Source: Candidatus Poribacteria bacterium (lineage in GTDB: Bacteria; Poribacteria; WGA-4E; WGA-3G). Taken from it: a DNA stretch of 64,000 nt. The number at the start of each line of letters is the position of its first letter. The stretch's first letter is position 1. The notes under the pieces are model-generated. The model did not search any database, was not told where the DNA came from, and saw nothing but the letters and a program-made list of their open reading frames with translations. Shown here piece after piece: positions 9,163 through 18,992 of the stretch. The stretch covers positions 2,715,950 through 2,779,949 of the forward strand of contig CBDHDL010000021.1 in the NCBI GenBank assembly GCA_965261435.1, in the 5' to 3' direction. Both the position numbers and the translations under genes were made by a program.

Positions 9163-10044
9163 ATGGCAAGAAAAAAAGTATTTGGCAAATGTCGTATCTG
9201 TGGAACACAAGCGGAATTGGATTTTGAGCATGTCCCACCTAAAGCGGCGTTTAACAATCGCCGTGTGGTAGGAAAATATATCTTCGAATTAATCAACAAG
9301 AATCCCGACGAATACACAACAGGAAAGGGTCATATATCTCAACGGGGTGTTGGTGCCTATACGCTCTGCAAGAAATGCAATAACGATACAGGTGCGTGGT
9401 ACGTAGATGCCTTTGCAAACTTTGCACATCAAAGTCTTGATACCGTTAAACATGTAAAAGGGTGTTCATCGCTTTGCTACCCATTTCGCATCTATCCGCT
9501 GCGAGTGATTAAACAGATTATCACTATGTTCTTCAGTGTTAACAACGATCTGTTTAGATCTAACCATCCGGATTTAGTGAAATTTGTTCTTGACAAGAAA
9601 AAACGCTATTTGGATCCTGACATCCAAGTTTTAGTTTATTTAACCCTTGGTCCACACTCGCGTTTCGCAGGTGGGACATCAATATCAACAATTGAGATTG
9701 ATCCAGATGAAGTAAGTGTAGATTCAATGGACAACGCACTCAGTCAGTACCAGCACGATTACGCTAAAAGTCTTTATTCTAGTGAGATTGCTTTTCCTCC
9801 GTTAGGTTATATATTGAGTTTTGGCTTAGAACCACTTGATAACGAACTTGCTGACATTTCATTTTTTGCGAAATATTCTTATGATGATTGTACATCACTA
9901 AATTTGAAGCTTCCGGTTTATCCTGTCCACACCTGGCACCCTGGAGATTATCGGAGTAAAGAACAACTTCGGCGCAATTTTGAAGAAAACACCCAGATAG
10001 AAAAGGAAATTCAAGCAAGAAAGCGAGCAAAAGGAACTCAATAA
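9163..10044 (+). CDS. HNH-type nuclease domain protein with a ~220 aa C-terminal region of unknown function
   Basis: The pattern is CRICG ... EHVPPKAAFNN ... CKKCNN (CxxC / His / Asn / CxxC). The gene is adjacent to the Type I R-M operon. Confidence 0.5.
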   Translation: MARKKVFGKCRICGTQAELDFEHVPPKAAFNNRRVVGKYIFELINKNPDEYTTGKGHISQRGVGAYTLCKKCNNDTGAWYVDAFANFAHQSLDTVKHVKGCSSLCYPFRIYPLRVIKQIITMFFSVNNDLFRSNHPDLVKFVLDKKKRYLDPDIQVLVYLTLGPHSRFAGGTSISTIEIDPDEVSVDSMDNALSQYQHDYAKSLYSSEIAFPPLGYILSFGLEPLDNELADISFFAKYSYDDCTSLNLKLPVYPVHTWHPGDYRSKEQLRRNFEENTQIEKEIQARKRAKGTQ

Positions 10045-10077
10045 GACCTTCTGAAAAACCAATATAGACTTGGAAAC

Positions 10078-11241
10078 CTACTCAGCCTGCCGAAATATTT
10101 TATCAATAAAAGACGGAAGGAAATAATCCAATTCCTGCATTGTCTTGACCTGAAGGTCCTTAATGTCGTTTATCTTTTCTTGAAAATCATTTAAGTGTGC
10201 AACGATGCTATGCTGTTCTTCAAGTGATGGAATTGGTACCATAACAGATGCCAGTTTCGTTGCGTTGCAATTCGGTTGGGCACTACCAATTGTGTTTTCC
10301 GAGATTTGTTCCCAGTAATTAGGGGACTGAAAAAAAGCATAGAGATACTGTGGGGAAATCATTTTATTAACACGAAGACGGATCAGATATGATGCAAATA
10401 CTGCAGTCGGACATTCTTCAACGAGGAAACTTTTACCGGTCGTAGCTCCGGTACGTGCAAATAATATGTCGTCCTTCTCAAGAAGATATTTTTCAAGTTT
10501 CGGACAATCACAATAAGGCACCGTTTCCCAGTTGACTGAACCCTCTTGAATATCTGTAATACGAAGTAAATGAGGACCAATTTGTTCAGTTGTCGCAGAA
10601 GCAGTATACCCATACTGTGGTTTTTCACACAACTCACTGACGCTTTTAACCTTCCAGTCTTTACGTAGTTTCAAAATATCACGATAGACTGAACTAACGA
10701 AAACAGATAATTCATTTTCTAATTGTTGACGTAGCAAGCGCACCTCATTGATTTTTGTGAGAAAGTGATTGATTTTCTCTACAATATGACGTTGTTCTGA
10801 TAGGGAAGGTAGTTTGACTGATATTGGCAAAAGTTGTTTAGGTTTCAATTCAGATTTGATTCCACCAGGCAAGGTTCGAAACAGAATATGCTGAAATGCT
10901 TTACTCCTAAATAACCACCACAAAAATGTTGTGTCAGCTCGTTCTGGATTGACAAAGTATGCGCTGTAGTGCATAGTAGCTGAACCTAGTTTTTCTGAAT
11001 CATCTGGGTATATAGCAATTGCTCCTTTAGCAGCATTAATTCCAGACAAAACTATGTCTCCGGGTTGAAACTGTATCATTTTGGTTTTTGTAGTAGTACT
11101 GTCTCGAAATTCCATCTCACCTGTATTGAAACCGATCTTGGAGACGATACGAATTTCACCTGTTTCTAATGAAACAGGATCCGGGGTCTCTTTACGCTCT
11201 ACAAGTACTTCATCAAGTCGAACCTCTTCCCATTTTACCAT
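10078..11241 (-). CDS. hsdS: Type I restriction-modification specificity subunit
   Basis: It has two target recognition domains separated by conserved repeats (LPSLSEQRHIVEKIN ; IPSLEEQHSIVAHLN), and lies immediately downstream of hsdM. Confidence 0.85.
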   Translation of the reverse strand: MVKWEEVRLDEVLVERKETPDPVSLETGEIRIVSKIGFNTGEMEFRDSTTTKTKMIQFQPGDIVLSGINAAKGAIAIYPDDSEKLGSATMHYSAYFVNPERADTTFLWWLFRSKAFQHILFRTLPGGIKSELKPKQLLPISVKLPSLSEQRHIVEKINHFLTKINEVRLLRQQLENELSVFVSSVYRDILKLRKDWKVKSVSELCEKPQYGYTASATTEQIGPHLLRITDIQEGSVNWETVPYCDCPKLEKYLLEKDDILFARTGATTGKSFLVEECPTAVFASYLIRLRVNKMISPQYLYAFFQSPNYWEQISENTIGSAQPNCNATKLASVMVPIPSLEEQHSIVAHLNDFQEKINDIKDLQVKTMQELDYFLPSFIDKIFRQAE

Positions 11242-11242
11242 C

Positions 11243-12880
11243 TTAATATTCGCCTCCTAAAGATTCTGCTTGGATTTCCCTTATCAACTCCAGAATTCTT
11301 TGTTCCTTATGGATAATACTATCAGCAATTTCCTCAGGAGGCAGATGCACTAAAGTTTCCGCGCTGTTTGGGTTCTTGATATCTAAATCCGCTGCGACAA
11401 CCTTCTCCTCTTCATCATATTTTAAGACATCCTCAATGTCAATCTTCCACGCATACTCATTTTCTTGTCGTTCTGAAATCGGATGGAACCACTCAATACA
11501 GTCTGAAAATTCCTCAAATCTCATAGGTTTTGTCTTCGTATAGTTTTTTCGACCTTCAGGAAGCGGAATCTCATAGAACCATATTTCCTTGGTCGGATGG
11601 GAACGGTCGAAAAAGAGTAGGTTCGTTGGAATGCCGGTATATGGTGCGAAAACCCCTTTCGGCAATCGAACAATCGTATGAAGATTGAAGTTCTTAAGCA
11701 GTTCTTCCTTAATACGTGCACAGACTCCATCTTCAAAAAGTGTTCCGTTTGGTACAACAACAGCAGCACGTCCCGGCTTCCCTTTATTGCGTTCCGGACG
11801 TTTGAGTCTTCGCATGATAATCTGGAGGAATAGCAGCGCGGTTTCTGAAGTTTGCATGTTGGTTGGGAAATAGTCTTTGACGCTTTTCTCTTCTTCACCA
11901 CCAAAGGGTGGATTGGTAAGAATAACATCGTATCGGTCATTGTCGCCAATTTCGTTAAACCTTTTGACGGTGAGAGAGTTTTTAAAGTCAATCTGTGGGT
12001 TTTCCAATCCATGCAAAAGGAGATTCATCTGGCATAGAAGGTAAGGGATCGGTTTCGCTTCTATTCCGTAGATAGTAGCTTCTTGAAGCGTTTGCCGGTC
12101 AGCAATGGTTTGGCACTGTTTTTCAAGGTGGGTAAATGCCTCAACAAGAAAACCGCCGGTGCCGCTGGCAGGATCAAGCACAGTTTCACCGAGTTGAAGA
12201 TCCGTTACCGCAACGATAAAATTGACAACAGGTCGGGGTGTGTAAATTTCACCAGAGTCCCCTACGGCATCGCGCATTTCCCGAAGCATCGTTTCATAAA
12301 AACGGCTAAGCGTATGCATTTCCTCGGATGCATCAAAATGGATACTGTTGACTTTGTTAACTATATCTCTGAGTAGCCAACCAGATTGTATCCGATTAAT
12401 GATTCCTCTGAAAACAGTTGCAATGACATCTTCACGACCCTTCCCATCTGCAGATCGAAGGCTACGTAAATAGTGAAAAAGCCCTTGGCCTTTAGTGCCA
12501 TCTGGAAGATTTGCCTCTTCAAGATTGATAAAGTTTATCAGATCTTCCCCCGTGATGCCGCCTTCATCTGCTGCCCAATCTCTCCAGCGGTACGGCTCAT
12601 TAATAAGTGGGTGAAAATCTTTGCCTGCAAGTTCAGCTTCCGATTCCCGGATATGTTCCATGTCATCAATGAATTTGAGAAACATAATCCAAGTTAGCAT
12701 CGGAATTCGGTCTAACTCACCGCTAAGTCCTTTGTCCTTACGCATAATGTCGCGGGCAGATTTGATAAGCGTGTTCAACTCCTGCGCCGTTGTTTGCGAG
12801 TTTTCTAATTTCTCTAATAGGTGCAACTGTTTGTGGTTTTGTGTCATATCATTCCTCTCTTTGTATATATTATGCCTCAT
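11243..12880 (-). CDS. hsdM: Type I R-M N6-adenine DNA methyltransferase
   Basis: It has an HsdM N-terminal domain, FxGxG (DPASGTGGFL), and NPPFGG. The start may instead be the ATG at 12847. Confidence 0.9.
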   Translation of the reverse strand: MRHNIYKERNDMTQNHKQLHLLEKLENSQTTAQELNTLIKSARDIMRKDKGLSGELDRIPMLTWIMFLKFIDDMEHIRESEAELAGKDFHPLINEPYRWRDWAADEGGITGEDLINFINLEEANLPDGTKGQGLFHYLRSLRSADGKGREDVIATVFRGIINRIQSGWLLRDIVNKVNSIHFDASEEMHTLSRFYETMLREMRDAVGDSGEIYTPRPVVNFIVAVTDLQLGETVLDPASGTGGFLVEAFTHLEKQCQTIADRQTLQEATIYGIEAKPIPYLLCQMNLLLHGLENPQIDFKNSLTVKRFNEIGDNDRYDVILTNPPFGGEEEKSVKDYFPTNMQTSETALLFLQIIMRRLKRPERNKGKPGRAAVVVPNGTLFEDGVCARIKEELLKNFNLHTIVRLPKGVFAPYTGIPTNLLFFDRSHPTKEIWFYEIPLPEGRKNYTKTKPMRFEEFSDCIEWFHPISERQENEYAWKIDIEDVLKYDEEEKVVAADLDIKNPNSAETLVHLPPEEIADSIIHKEQRILELIREIQAESLGGEY

Positions 12881-15200
12881 AAATCAACTTCTGAAGTTCT
12901 GCAACAGCATTTCGTAGTTGCTCTGCCCCTTTGAATACTTTTAAGATTTCACGAATATTGCCAAACTCAGAAATAGGTGGAACGTTTAAAGCATCAGGGA
13001 TTTTCAGTTCGTCGGGGCCGTGTTGACTATATTTATCAAGCAAAATCCCAAGTACATACTGGCCAATAACGTCGTACTGTTTAAAAAAATCTGTATTGTC
13101 TTCTTGGACTCGTTCCGCTCGTTGTTTTCTTGTCTGGAGGGGAGCCCCGAAAGCGACATGGCAAAACAGATCAATTGAATCAAAGGTGTCACCATCTGGG
13201 AGTTGTAATTCTTTCACTAACTGTTCTCTTTCAATACCGAATTGTCCCAATTCGTCAATAGTTTCACTGCGTGATTGTTGGTCTATCCACTTTTCACGCA
13301 GTTTAGATTCAAATTCGTAAAGCGTATAGATTTTATCACTTACATATTCTATGTATGTTTTATGTTGCTGACTTCCATCAGGATTCAGGATAATAACTCC
13401 GTCTTCAGCAATCGTCACTGTCCCTTCATCAACATAGAACTTTTGCCCCTTTGACGGTTGAACAGAAGTGCGTTTTCCTCTACCTTTGTTTTGTTGACGA
13501 TCAGTATCTGTTTCTATAACTTCTTCATCTTCGTCTATCGGCTCGCCATCAAAATCAGGGTCTGCAAAATGTTTAAACGACGCTCCTGTGTAATCAATAA
13601 TATTAAAAGTGAATTTGTCATATTCCTCACAGACACGAGTCCCTCTACCAATCATCTGCTTAAATTCAACCATTGAACCAACACCGCGTGCAATAGCAAT
13701 ATTTTTCACTGTTGGAGCATCAACACCAGTAGTGAGGAGCTTAGAAGTAGTCACAATGATAACAGAATCATCCTCAATATCTTGGAATCGACTGAGACGT
13801 TCACGACCATATTCGCCTTCGTCGGCGGTTATACGACTTACATAATCGGGATATCTTTGGACATGCTCAGCGTTTAGATTAGAGAGGATTTCTCGCATGG
13901 TGCCTGCATGCTCTTGGTCAACACAAAAAACAATAGTTTTGGCGTACGGATCAGATTCCAATAAACCTGTCAAATGTTTTGCAATTGCTTCCGTACGCGG
14001 TCTTAAAGCAAGTGTATTTTCAAAGTCTTCAGTGTTGTACTGCTTATCAGGTATTATTTTACCATGTCGATCAGTTTGTCCTGGATCAGGTTGCCAACCC
14101 TCTGCATCTGCTGTAGTTAAGACGTGTCGAACACGATAAGGGGCAAGGAACCCATCTTCAATACCCTGTTTAAGTGTGTAGGTATAGACAGGATTTCCAA
14201 AATATTGATAGGTGTTCCGAGTCTCTTCGTGAAGAGGTGTAGCAGTCATACCGAGTTGCACTGCTGGTTCAAAGTATTCCAGAACTACCCTCCATTGACT
14301 ATCATCTTGAGCAGAGCCGCGGTGACACTCATCCACAATAATAAGATCAAAGAAATCCTTTGCGTATTCGCGATAGATACCAGGATTATCCTCTCTGGGA
14401 CCGATAGATTGATAAAGCGCGAAATAGATACCTCGGCTTTTGACAACTTCACCTTGTTCTATCCGATGTCGTGCCTCTCCAAAAGCTGCAAAGTCTTTAT
14501 TCATTGGATCATCCACAAGGATTTTCCTATCGGACAGGTAAAGAATTTTGGGAAGACGCGGGTCTGTTTTGAGATTCCAACGTTGTTGCCAAAGTTTCCA
14601 ACAAATTTGAAATGCAGTGGTGGTTTTTCCTGTTCCAGTTGCCATTGTCAAAAGAATTCGTCTTTGATCTTTTACAATGGCCGAAATAACATTACTTATC
14701 GCAATTTGTTGATAGTACCTGGGGATTTTACCGCCAGTAAGGTCGAACGGTGAAAGAATAATATCTTCCTGTTGTGTAGTAAAACCTTCATGTGTTTTTA
14801 GGCGTTGCCAAAGTTCCGCTGGTTGAGGCATTTCGTAGAATTTAGACTCTACACCTGTTAAAAAATCAAACTCCACAAATAGTTCACCATTTGTAGAGTA
14901 CGCAAATTTAAGCCCTAACATTTGCGCGTAAGTTTTCGCTTGTTGGAGGCCATCAGCTGGCAATTTGCAATCTGCTTTTGCCTCAACAACAGCAATCGGA
15001 AAATGGGGTTGCCGGTAGTAGAGGATATAATCGGCACGTCTTGCTTTACCGCGTATTCCTTCACCTTTTATTTTCCCATCTGTGAAATGATGCTCACGGA
15101 CAAAAGATGGTACTTCTGGATTGTTTGAATCGTCCCAACCGGCATCTTTCAGCAGAGGATCAATGTTTCTGGTCCGCGTTTCAGCTTCATTCATAGTCAA
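12870..15200 (-). CDS. hsdR: Type I restriction enzyme R subunit
   Basis: The N-terminus is HsdR_N (EAETRTRNIDPLLKDAGW). It has Walker A MATGTGKTTTA, DEAH-like IVDECHRGS, and helicase motif VI QMIGRGTR. Confidence 0.85.
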   Translation of the reverse strand: MTMNEAETRTRNIDPLLKDAGWDDSNNPEVPSFVREHHFTDGKIKGEGIRGKARRADYILYYRQPHFPIAVVEAKADCKLPADGLQQAKTYAQMLGLKFAYSTNGELFVEFDFLTGVESKFYEMPQPAELWQRLKTHEGFTTQQEDIILSPFDLTGGKIPRYYQQIAISNVISAIVKDQRRILLTMATGTGKTTTAFQICWKLWQQRWNLKTDPRLPKILYLSDRKILVDDPMNKDFAAFGEARHRIEQGEVVKSRGIYFALYQSIGPREDNPGIYREYAKDFFDLIIVDECHRGSAQDDSQWRVVLEYFEPAVQLGMTATPLHEETRNTYQYFGNPVYTYTLKQGIEDGFLAPYRVRHVLTTADAEGWQPDPGQTDRHGKIIPDKQYNTEDFENTLALRPRTEAIAKHLTGLLESDPYAKTIVFCVDQEHAGTMREILSNLNAEHVQRYPDYVSRITADEGEYGRERLSRFQDIEDDSVIIVTTSKLLTTGVDAPTVKNIAIARGVGSMVEFKQMIGRGTRVCEEYDKFTFNIIDYTGASFKHFADPDFDGEPIDEDEEVIETDTDRQQNKGRGKRTSVQPSKGQKFYVDEGTVTIAEDGVIILNPDGSQQHKTYIEYVSDKIYTLYEFESKLREKWIDQQSRSETIDELGQFGIEREQLVKELQLPDGDTFDSIDLFCHVAFGAPLQTRKQRAERVQEDNTDFFKQYDVIGQYVLGILLDKYSQHGPDELKIPDALNVPPISEFGNIREILKVFKGAEQLRNAVAELQKLIYEA

Positions 15201-15238
15201 AAATTACATCTACATGCAACCCCTTGTTGTCAAAATCA

Positions 15239-15532
15239 CTATGACTTTTTACGGGATGATGATTTCAGGATATTTCCTAAAGGATCCATAACACCAATCG
15301 TTGTGTCTTTGTAGTGCTCTAAAGCTGCCTGAGTGGCTGCATCGTCTGCTCCCGCTACGTAGACAGGACGTCTATATCCCCGAAGTTGATCGGCTGCATC
15401 TTTTATGGTATCAGATGTTTCAACCTCAATGACTTGACGCTTTGTATTGATATCTGGACCTTGTCCTTTATTATATGAAGCACCTTTATTCTCAGCAATT
15501 TGTTCTGCGGTTTTGTCATGTTTAGTAGCCAT
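15239..15532 (-). CDS. hypothetical protein
   Basis: The ORF is protein-like (..RGYRRPVYVAGADDAATQAALEHY..) with no recognised motif. Confidence 0.4.
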   Translation of the reverse strand: MATKHDKTAEQIAENKGASYNKGQGPDINTKRQVIEVETSDTIKDAADQLRGYRRPVYVAGADDAATQAALEHYKDTTIGVMDPLGNILKSSSRKKS

Positions 15533-15609
15533 TATTTTTCTCCTTGTAATTATTTGTTCGTTGTAGGTTTGTGATCAAAAACATTATTTCTATGATGTTG
15601 AATGCTATA

Positions 15610-15915
15610 TCACACCTTCTGTGCTACCATACTGGAAAGGATACCGAGAAGCCTATCACACCGCTCAATCGTATAGGTTGACATATCAAGCTGCAATCGG
15701 TTTTCTTGCAAGTTGAGGAATAGCCACTCAACCCCTGTTGTGCTAACACCATAGATCAAAGGGATGTCATTTCCTTTCTCGGTATAAAAACGTTGGGCAG
15801 CAAGCATATCTGCAACACATTACCCAATTCCAAGTTTTAAGTCAAGGTTTTTTGCCTCAACGACAACAATGATTGGTGCTTCTAAATAGAACTGTTCAGG
15901 TGACAGAAACGACAT
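15610..15915 (-). pseudogene. 3' fragment of the PD-(D/E)xK paralog family with an in-frame TAA (CAA to TAA) at 15820-15822
   Basis: Translation MSFLSPEQFYLEAPIIVVVEAKNLDLKLGIG*CVADMLAAQRF..ILGILSSMVAQKV aligns to residues ~97-201 of the 201 aa paralogs. There is no homology upstream of 15915. Confidence 0.7.
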
Positions 15916-16119
15916 TAAGAGTTTTCACTTGCAAATCCTACCTTTTTCGTGTATCCTATACTTTGGTTTGTTGGTCGGGAATGTCATCCGCGTCGCATGG
16001 CGCGGTCCCTACCGAAACGAATGACATCGGGAGCAATACTAAGGTTAAACAGTGCGATCCAATAAACAAAACAGAACATAATATCCAAATAGTGAAAGGA
16101 TTGATTTACAATCAAGGAG

Positions 16120-16449
16120 ATGTTTAAGATGGTCATTAACGGGGAAGGAATGATAACTTATTATATCTATAATAAACTGTTCGATGAAACCTATACCGCC
16201 TATATCCAAAAAAATGGAGAGAATTGGCACGGTACAATTGCGGAACTTCCCGAAATAGAACATACTGCGGAGACTGCCGAAGCTGTACAAGAAAAATTAC
16301 CAGATATGCTGCAGCAAACCCTAATTGCGAAAGAAGAAGCTTGGGATCTGCAGATCAAAGAGGATATGAAAGCGGGTCGACTTGATCATCTTATTGAGAA
16401 GGCTCTTGAAAATTATAGGACAGGTAAATGTTCTAAGATAGTTCCATAG
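16120..16449 (+). CDS. type II antitoxin (HicB-like/UPF0150-like N-terminal half) partnered with a RelE/ParE toxin
   Basis: YTAYIQKNGENWHGTIAELPEIEHTAETAEAVQE resembles HicB-family antitoxins. The gene abuts the toxin gene (stop 16449, toxin start 16451). Confidence 0.55.
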   Translation: MFKMVINGEGMITYYIYNKLFDETYTAYIQKNGENWHGTIAELPEIEHTAETAEAVQEKLPDMLQQTLIAKEEAWDLQIKEDMKAGRLDHLIEKALENYRTGKCSKIVP

Positions 16450-16450
16450 C

Positions 16451-16717
16451 ATGAACATTTCTCAATTTGAACACATACAAGATCAAGATTTCATAAATTT
16501 GGTAGCAAGACTTCCTCAAGCCTTGCAGAATCGTGTTGCCAGGCAATTCCAAGTCCTACAAGAAAACCCTTTATATCCATCTCTTCATTTCAAAAAAGTC
16601 TCTGATCTTTGGTCATTACGTATTACTGACAATTACAGAGCTTTAGGACAAGAAGAAAATGGGAAGATCATTTGGTTTTGGATCGGAAAACATGACGAAT
16701 ATGAGAGGCGGATCTGA
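16451..16717 (+). CDS. type II toxin, RelE/ParE superfamily
   Basis: 88 aa. YPSLHFKKVSDLWSLRITDNYRALGQEENGKIIWFWIGKHDEY matches the RelE/ParE core pattern. Confidence 0.75.
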   Translation: MNISQFEHIQDQDFINLVARLPQALQNRVARQFQVLQENPLYPSLHFKKVSDLWSLRITDNYRALGQEENGKIIWFWIGKHDEYERRI

Positions 16718-16830
16718 CTATCTCTCCTTATGGTGTGGCATCTCCATGAAATAAAATATCAAGAATTGCCTCTTCAAGATAAATTAAACCGATATGTTCT
16801 TGTTGTTTAGGCTTCATTTTTCACCTCTTC

Positions 16831-17070
16831 CTACGTGTCGTCTAAACGTTTTTGATCTTCATCTTGGTATAAACGCCAACCAATTCTGCTTCCACTGGTT
16901 GAGACCTCTGGTTGCACTCGAAAATCACTCTCAAGTTTATAAAGAATAGCACCTATTAGATGTCCAGCCCAGTTGTTGGGATCGTCCTTTTTTCCCGGCA
17001 ATTCTAATCGTGCTTTAATATCGTTTATGCTCATATACGCCTCATCTGGTGCTGGGAGAGTGTCTAACAA
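16831..17070 (-). CDS. hypothetical small protein
   Basis: ORF only. It uses a TTG start and its frame stays open upstream. Confidence 0.25.
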   Translation of the reverse strand: MLDTLPAPDEAYMSINDIKARLELPGKKDDPNNWAGHLIGAILYKLESDFRVQPEVSTSGSRIGWRLYQDEDQKRLDDT

Positions 17071-17312
17071 AGTTTCTTCTAATAATTGTATTCCTGCTTT
17101 TGCAGTAAGTATGGGCTTGTCAGGATTTTTACCAAGATAGTTGATATTACATATATATATACATTGGTCTCATCAGGCGTTATTGTAATAGTTTCTACAT
17201 TTGCATTCTGTCTTGACATATTATATCTCCTTTTATCTTGGAATTGTCATTAGCTAATTTACTTATTGTCATTAGCTATTTTACTTAAAGTCTGAATAAA
17301 TCATTCGAAAAA

Positions 17313-17652
17313 CGACATCCTTACATGGACTTTCTTATAAAGGGGTATATCTACTTCATCAGAACTATATTCAATAAAGTCCCTTTTATGTTCATCACTC
17401 CACTGCATTCCCTCATCACGAGGTTTTACCAACTCGATATTGTGATTTTTGTAGTCGTATCCATGGTAATCTTTAATGTTGTGAAAAATGTTCCATGCAA
17501 TTGTCTCTGCTTCACGTCTACTAATTCGACGTTGGAAGTTAGGTGGTCCCTCTGTATAACTCGGATATTCTATTGAGATTTCAAAGCAAGGCGGGTTAGT
17601 TTCCTTTAGAATAATAGCAAGATTAAATTCACTATTAGCATCTATATGCCAT
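17313..17652 (-). pseudogene. fifth, disrupted member of the PD-(D/E)xK paralog family with a divergent 3' part
   Basis: ATG GCA TAT (MAY) at 17652-17644 is followed by a 10 nt insertion (AGATGCTAAT) that gives MAYRC*. In the shifted frame, SEFNLAIILKE..FEISIEYPS resembles the paralog N-termini (SEFTLEIVQK..FSEIEPVEPS), then it diverges to the stop at 17313. Confidence 0.5.
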
Positions 17653-17701
17653 GTGACAGTTTCTCCAAGTAGTACGTTAAAACTATGGACTATTTATAAT
17701 C

Positions 17702-18307
17702 TTATACCTTTTGTGCCACCATACTGGAAAGGATACCGAGAATCCTATCACACCGCTCAATTGTATAAGGTGTCATATCAATATGCAAACACTTTCCTTG
17801 CAACTTCAGAAATATCCACTGAACTCCTGTTGTACTTGCTCCATAAACAGTAGAAATGTCATTACCTCTATCAGCATTGAAACGTTGGACTGCGATCATC
17901 TCTGCAACACACTGTCCAAGTCCAAGTTTTAAATCGTGATTTTTTGCCTGGACAAGCGCGATAATCGGTGCATCCAAATAAAATTGTTCAGGTGACAGAC
18001 TCACTAAAAAATCACACACGCCGGTCAAACCTTTTTCAGCATCAACGCTGAAGTCAATACCAGAAAACAGACTAATGCTGTGATCAAAGTGCTCAAGAAG
18101 GTCAACGAGCACGGCAACAACTATCATTTCTGACCTTGCTTTCTCGGTACCGATAGCGGTGGCTAATGATGCCTTTCGCGCTAATCCCATCGTGAGATAT
18201 GTGCTTGGCTCCACTGGTTCTATTTCAGAGAAGAGACCTAAAGACCGAACCGTATTGAGTTGAAACGTTTTCTGCACAATTTCTAAGGTAAACTCACTAT
18301 ACGCCAT
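17702..18307 (-). CDS. PD-(D/E)xK-motif protein, paralog 3 (variant QAK in place of EAK)
   Basis: 201 aa, with GVCDFLVSLSP ... IIALVQAKN. About 55-60% identical to its neighbours. Confidence 0.7.
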   Translation of the reverse strand: MAYSEFTLEIVQKTFQLNTVRSLGLFSEIEPVEPSTYLTMGLARKASLATAIGTEKARSEMIVVAVLVDLLEHFDHSISLFSGIDFSVDAEKGLTGVCDFLVSLSPEQFYLDAPIIALVQAKNHDLKLGLGQCVAEMIAVQRFNADRGNDISTVYGASTTGVQWIFLKLQGKCLHIDMTPYTIERCDRILGILSSMVAQKV

Positions 18308-18356
18308 GTGAGAATTTCTCCATGCAGTACGTTAAGACAATAACTATTGTATAACC

Positions 18357-18962
18357 TTACGCCTTTTGTGTCACCATACTGGAGAAGATGCCGAGGATCC
18401 TATCACACTGAGCGATTTGGTAGGTTGACATATCAAGCTGCAAGCACTTTCCTTCTAACTTCAGGAATAACCAATCAACTCCTGTTGTAGACGCACCATA
18501 AACACAAGAAATTTCATTCCCTTTTTCGATATTAAAACGTTGTGCGGCGAGCATCTCTGCGGCACATTGTCCAAGTCCAAGTTTCAAGTCGAGATTTTTT
18601 GCCTCAACAAGCGCGATGACAGGTGCTTCTACATAAGATTGTCGAGGCGACAGGCTTATCAGGAAATCACACACACCCGTTAATCCGTTTTCAGCGTCAA
18701 CGTTGAAGTCAATGCCAGAAAATAGACTAATTTTGCGATCAAATCTTTCACGGAGTTCAACGAGAACATTAGAAACAATCAGTTCTGATCGTGCTTTCTC
18801 AGTGTTTATAGTAGTGGCTAAGGGTACATTTCTTGCTAATATATTTGTGAGTTCTGCACTGAGTTCCATCGGTTCTATTTCAGAAAAGATGCAGGCGTGT
18901 TCAACAAAATCAAGTTCAAATTCTTTTTCCACTGTCTCCAGCGTAAAATTGCTATAAGCCAT
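18357..18962 (-). CDS. PD-(D/E)xK-motif protein, paralog 2
   Basis: 201 aa, with GVCDFLISLSP ... VIALVEAKNLD (D..ExK). Confidence 0.7.
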   Translation of the reverse strand: MAYSNFTLETVEKEFELDFVEHACIFSEIEPMELSAELTNILARNVPLATTINTEKARSELIVSNVLVELRERFDRKISLFSGIDFNVDAENGLTGVCDFLISLSPRQSYVEAPVIALVEAKNLDLKLGLGQCAAEMLAAQRFNIEKGNEISCVYGASTTGVDWLFLKLEGKCLQLDMSTYQIAQCDRILGIFSSMVTQKA

Positions 18963-18992
18963 ATCTGTACCTCCTGGTTCCTCTAACTCCTC

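Noticed and set aside
9143-9200. Similarity between the start regions of mdh (GGAGGAAGAAGTGGCAAGAAAAAAAATT) and the HNH-like gene (GGGAGGTTAGAATATTCTGAATGGCAAGAAAAAAAGTA)
   Set aside because: It is short and A-rich and could be coincidence. It is recorded only as a possible footprint of the insertion history.
11521-12376. Several 60-160 aa ORFs on both strands inside hsdM (for example 11521..12012 -, 12083..12376 +)
   Set aside because: They sit inside a strongly supported methyltransferase gene, in other frames or antisense, with no motifs.
17325-17576. 83 aa plus-strand ORF (MDFLIKGYIYFIRT..)
   Set aside because: It has a low-complexity hydrophobic translation. The opposite strand carries the better-supported disrupted paralogue (17313..17652).
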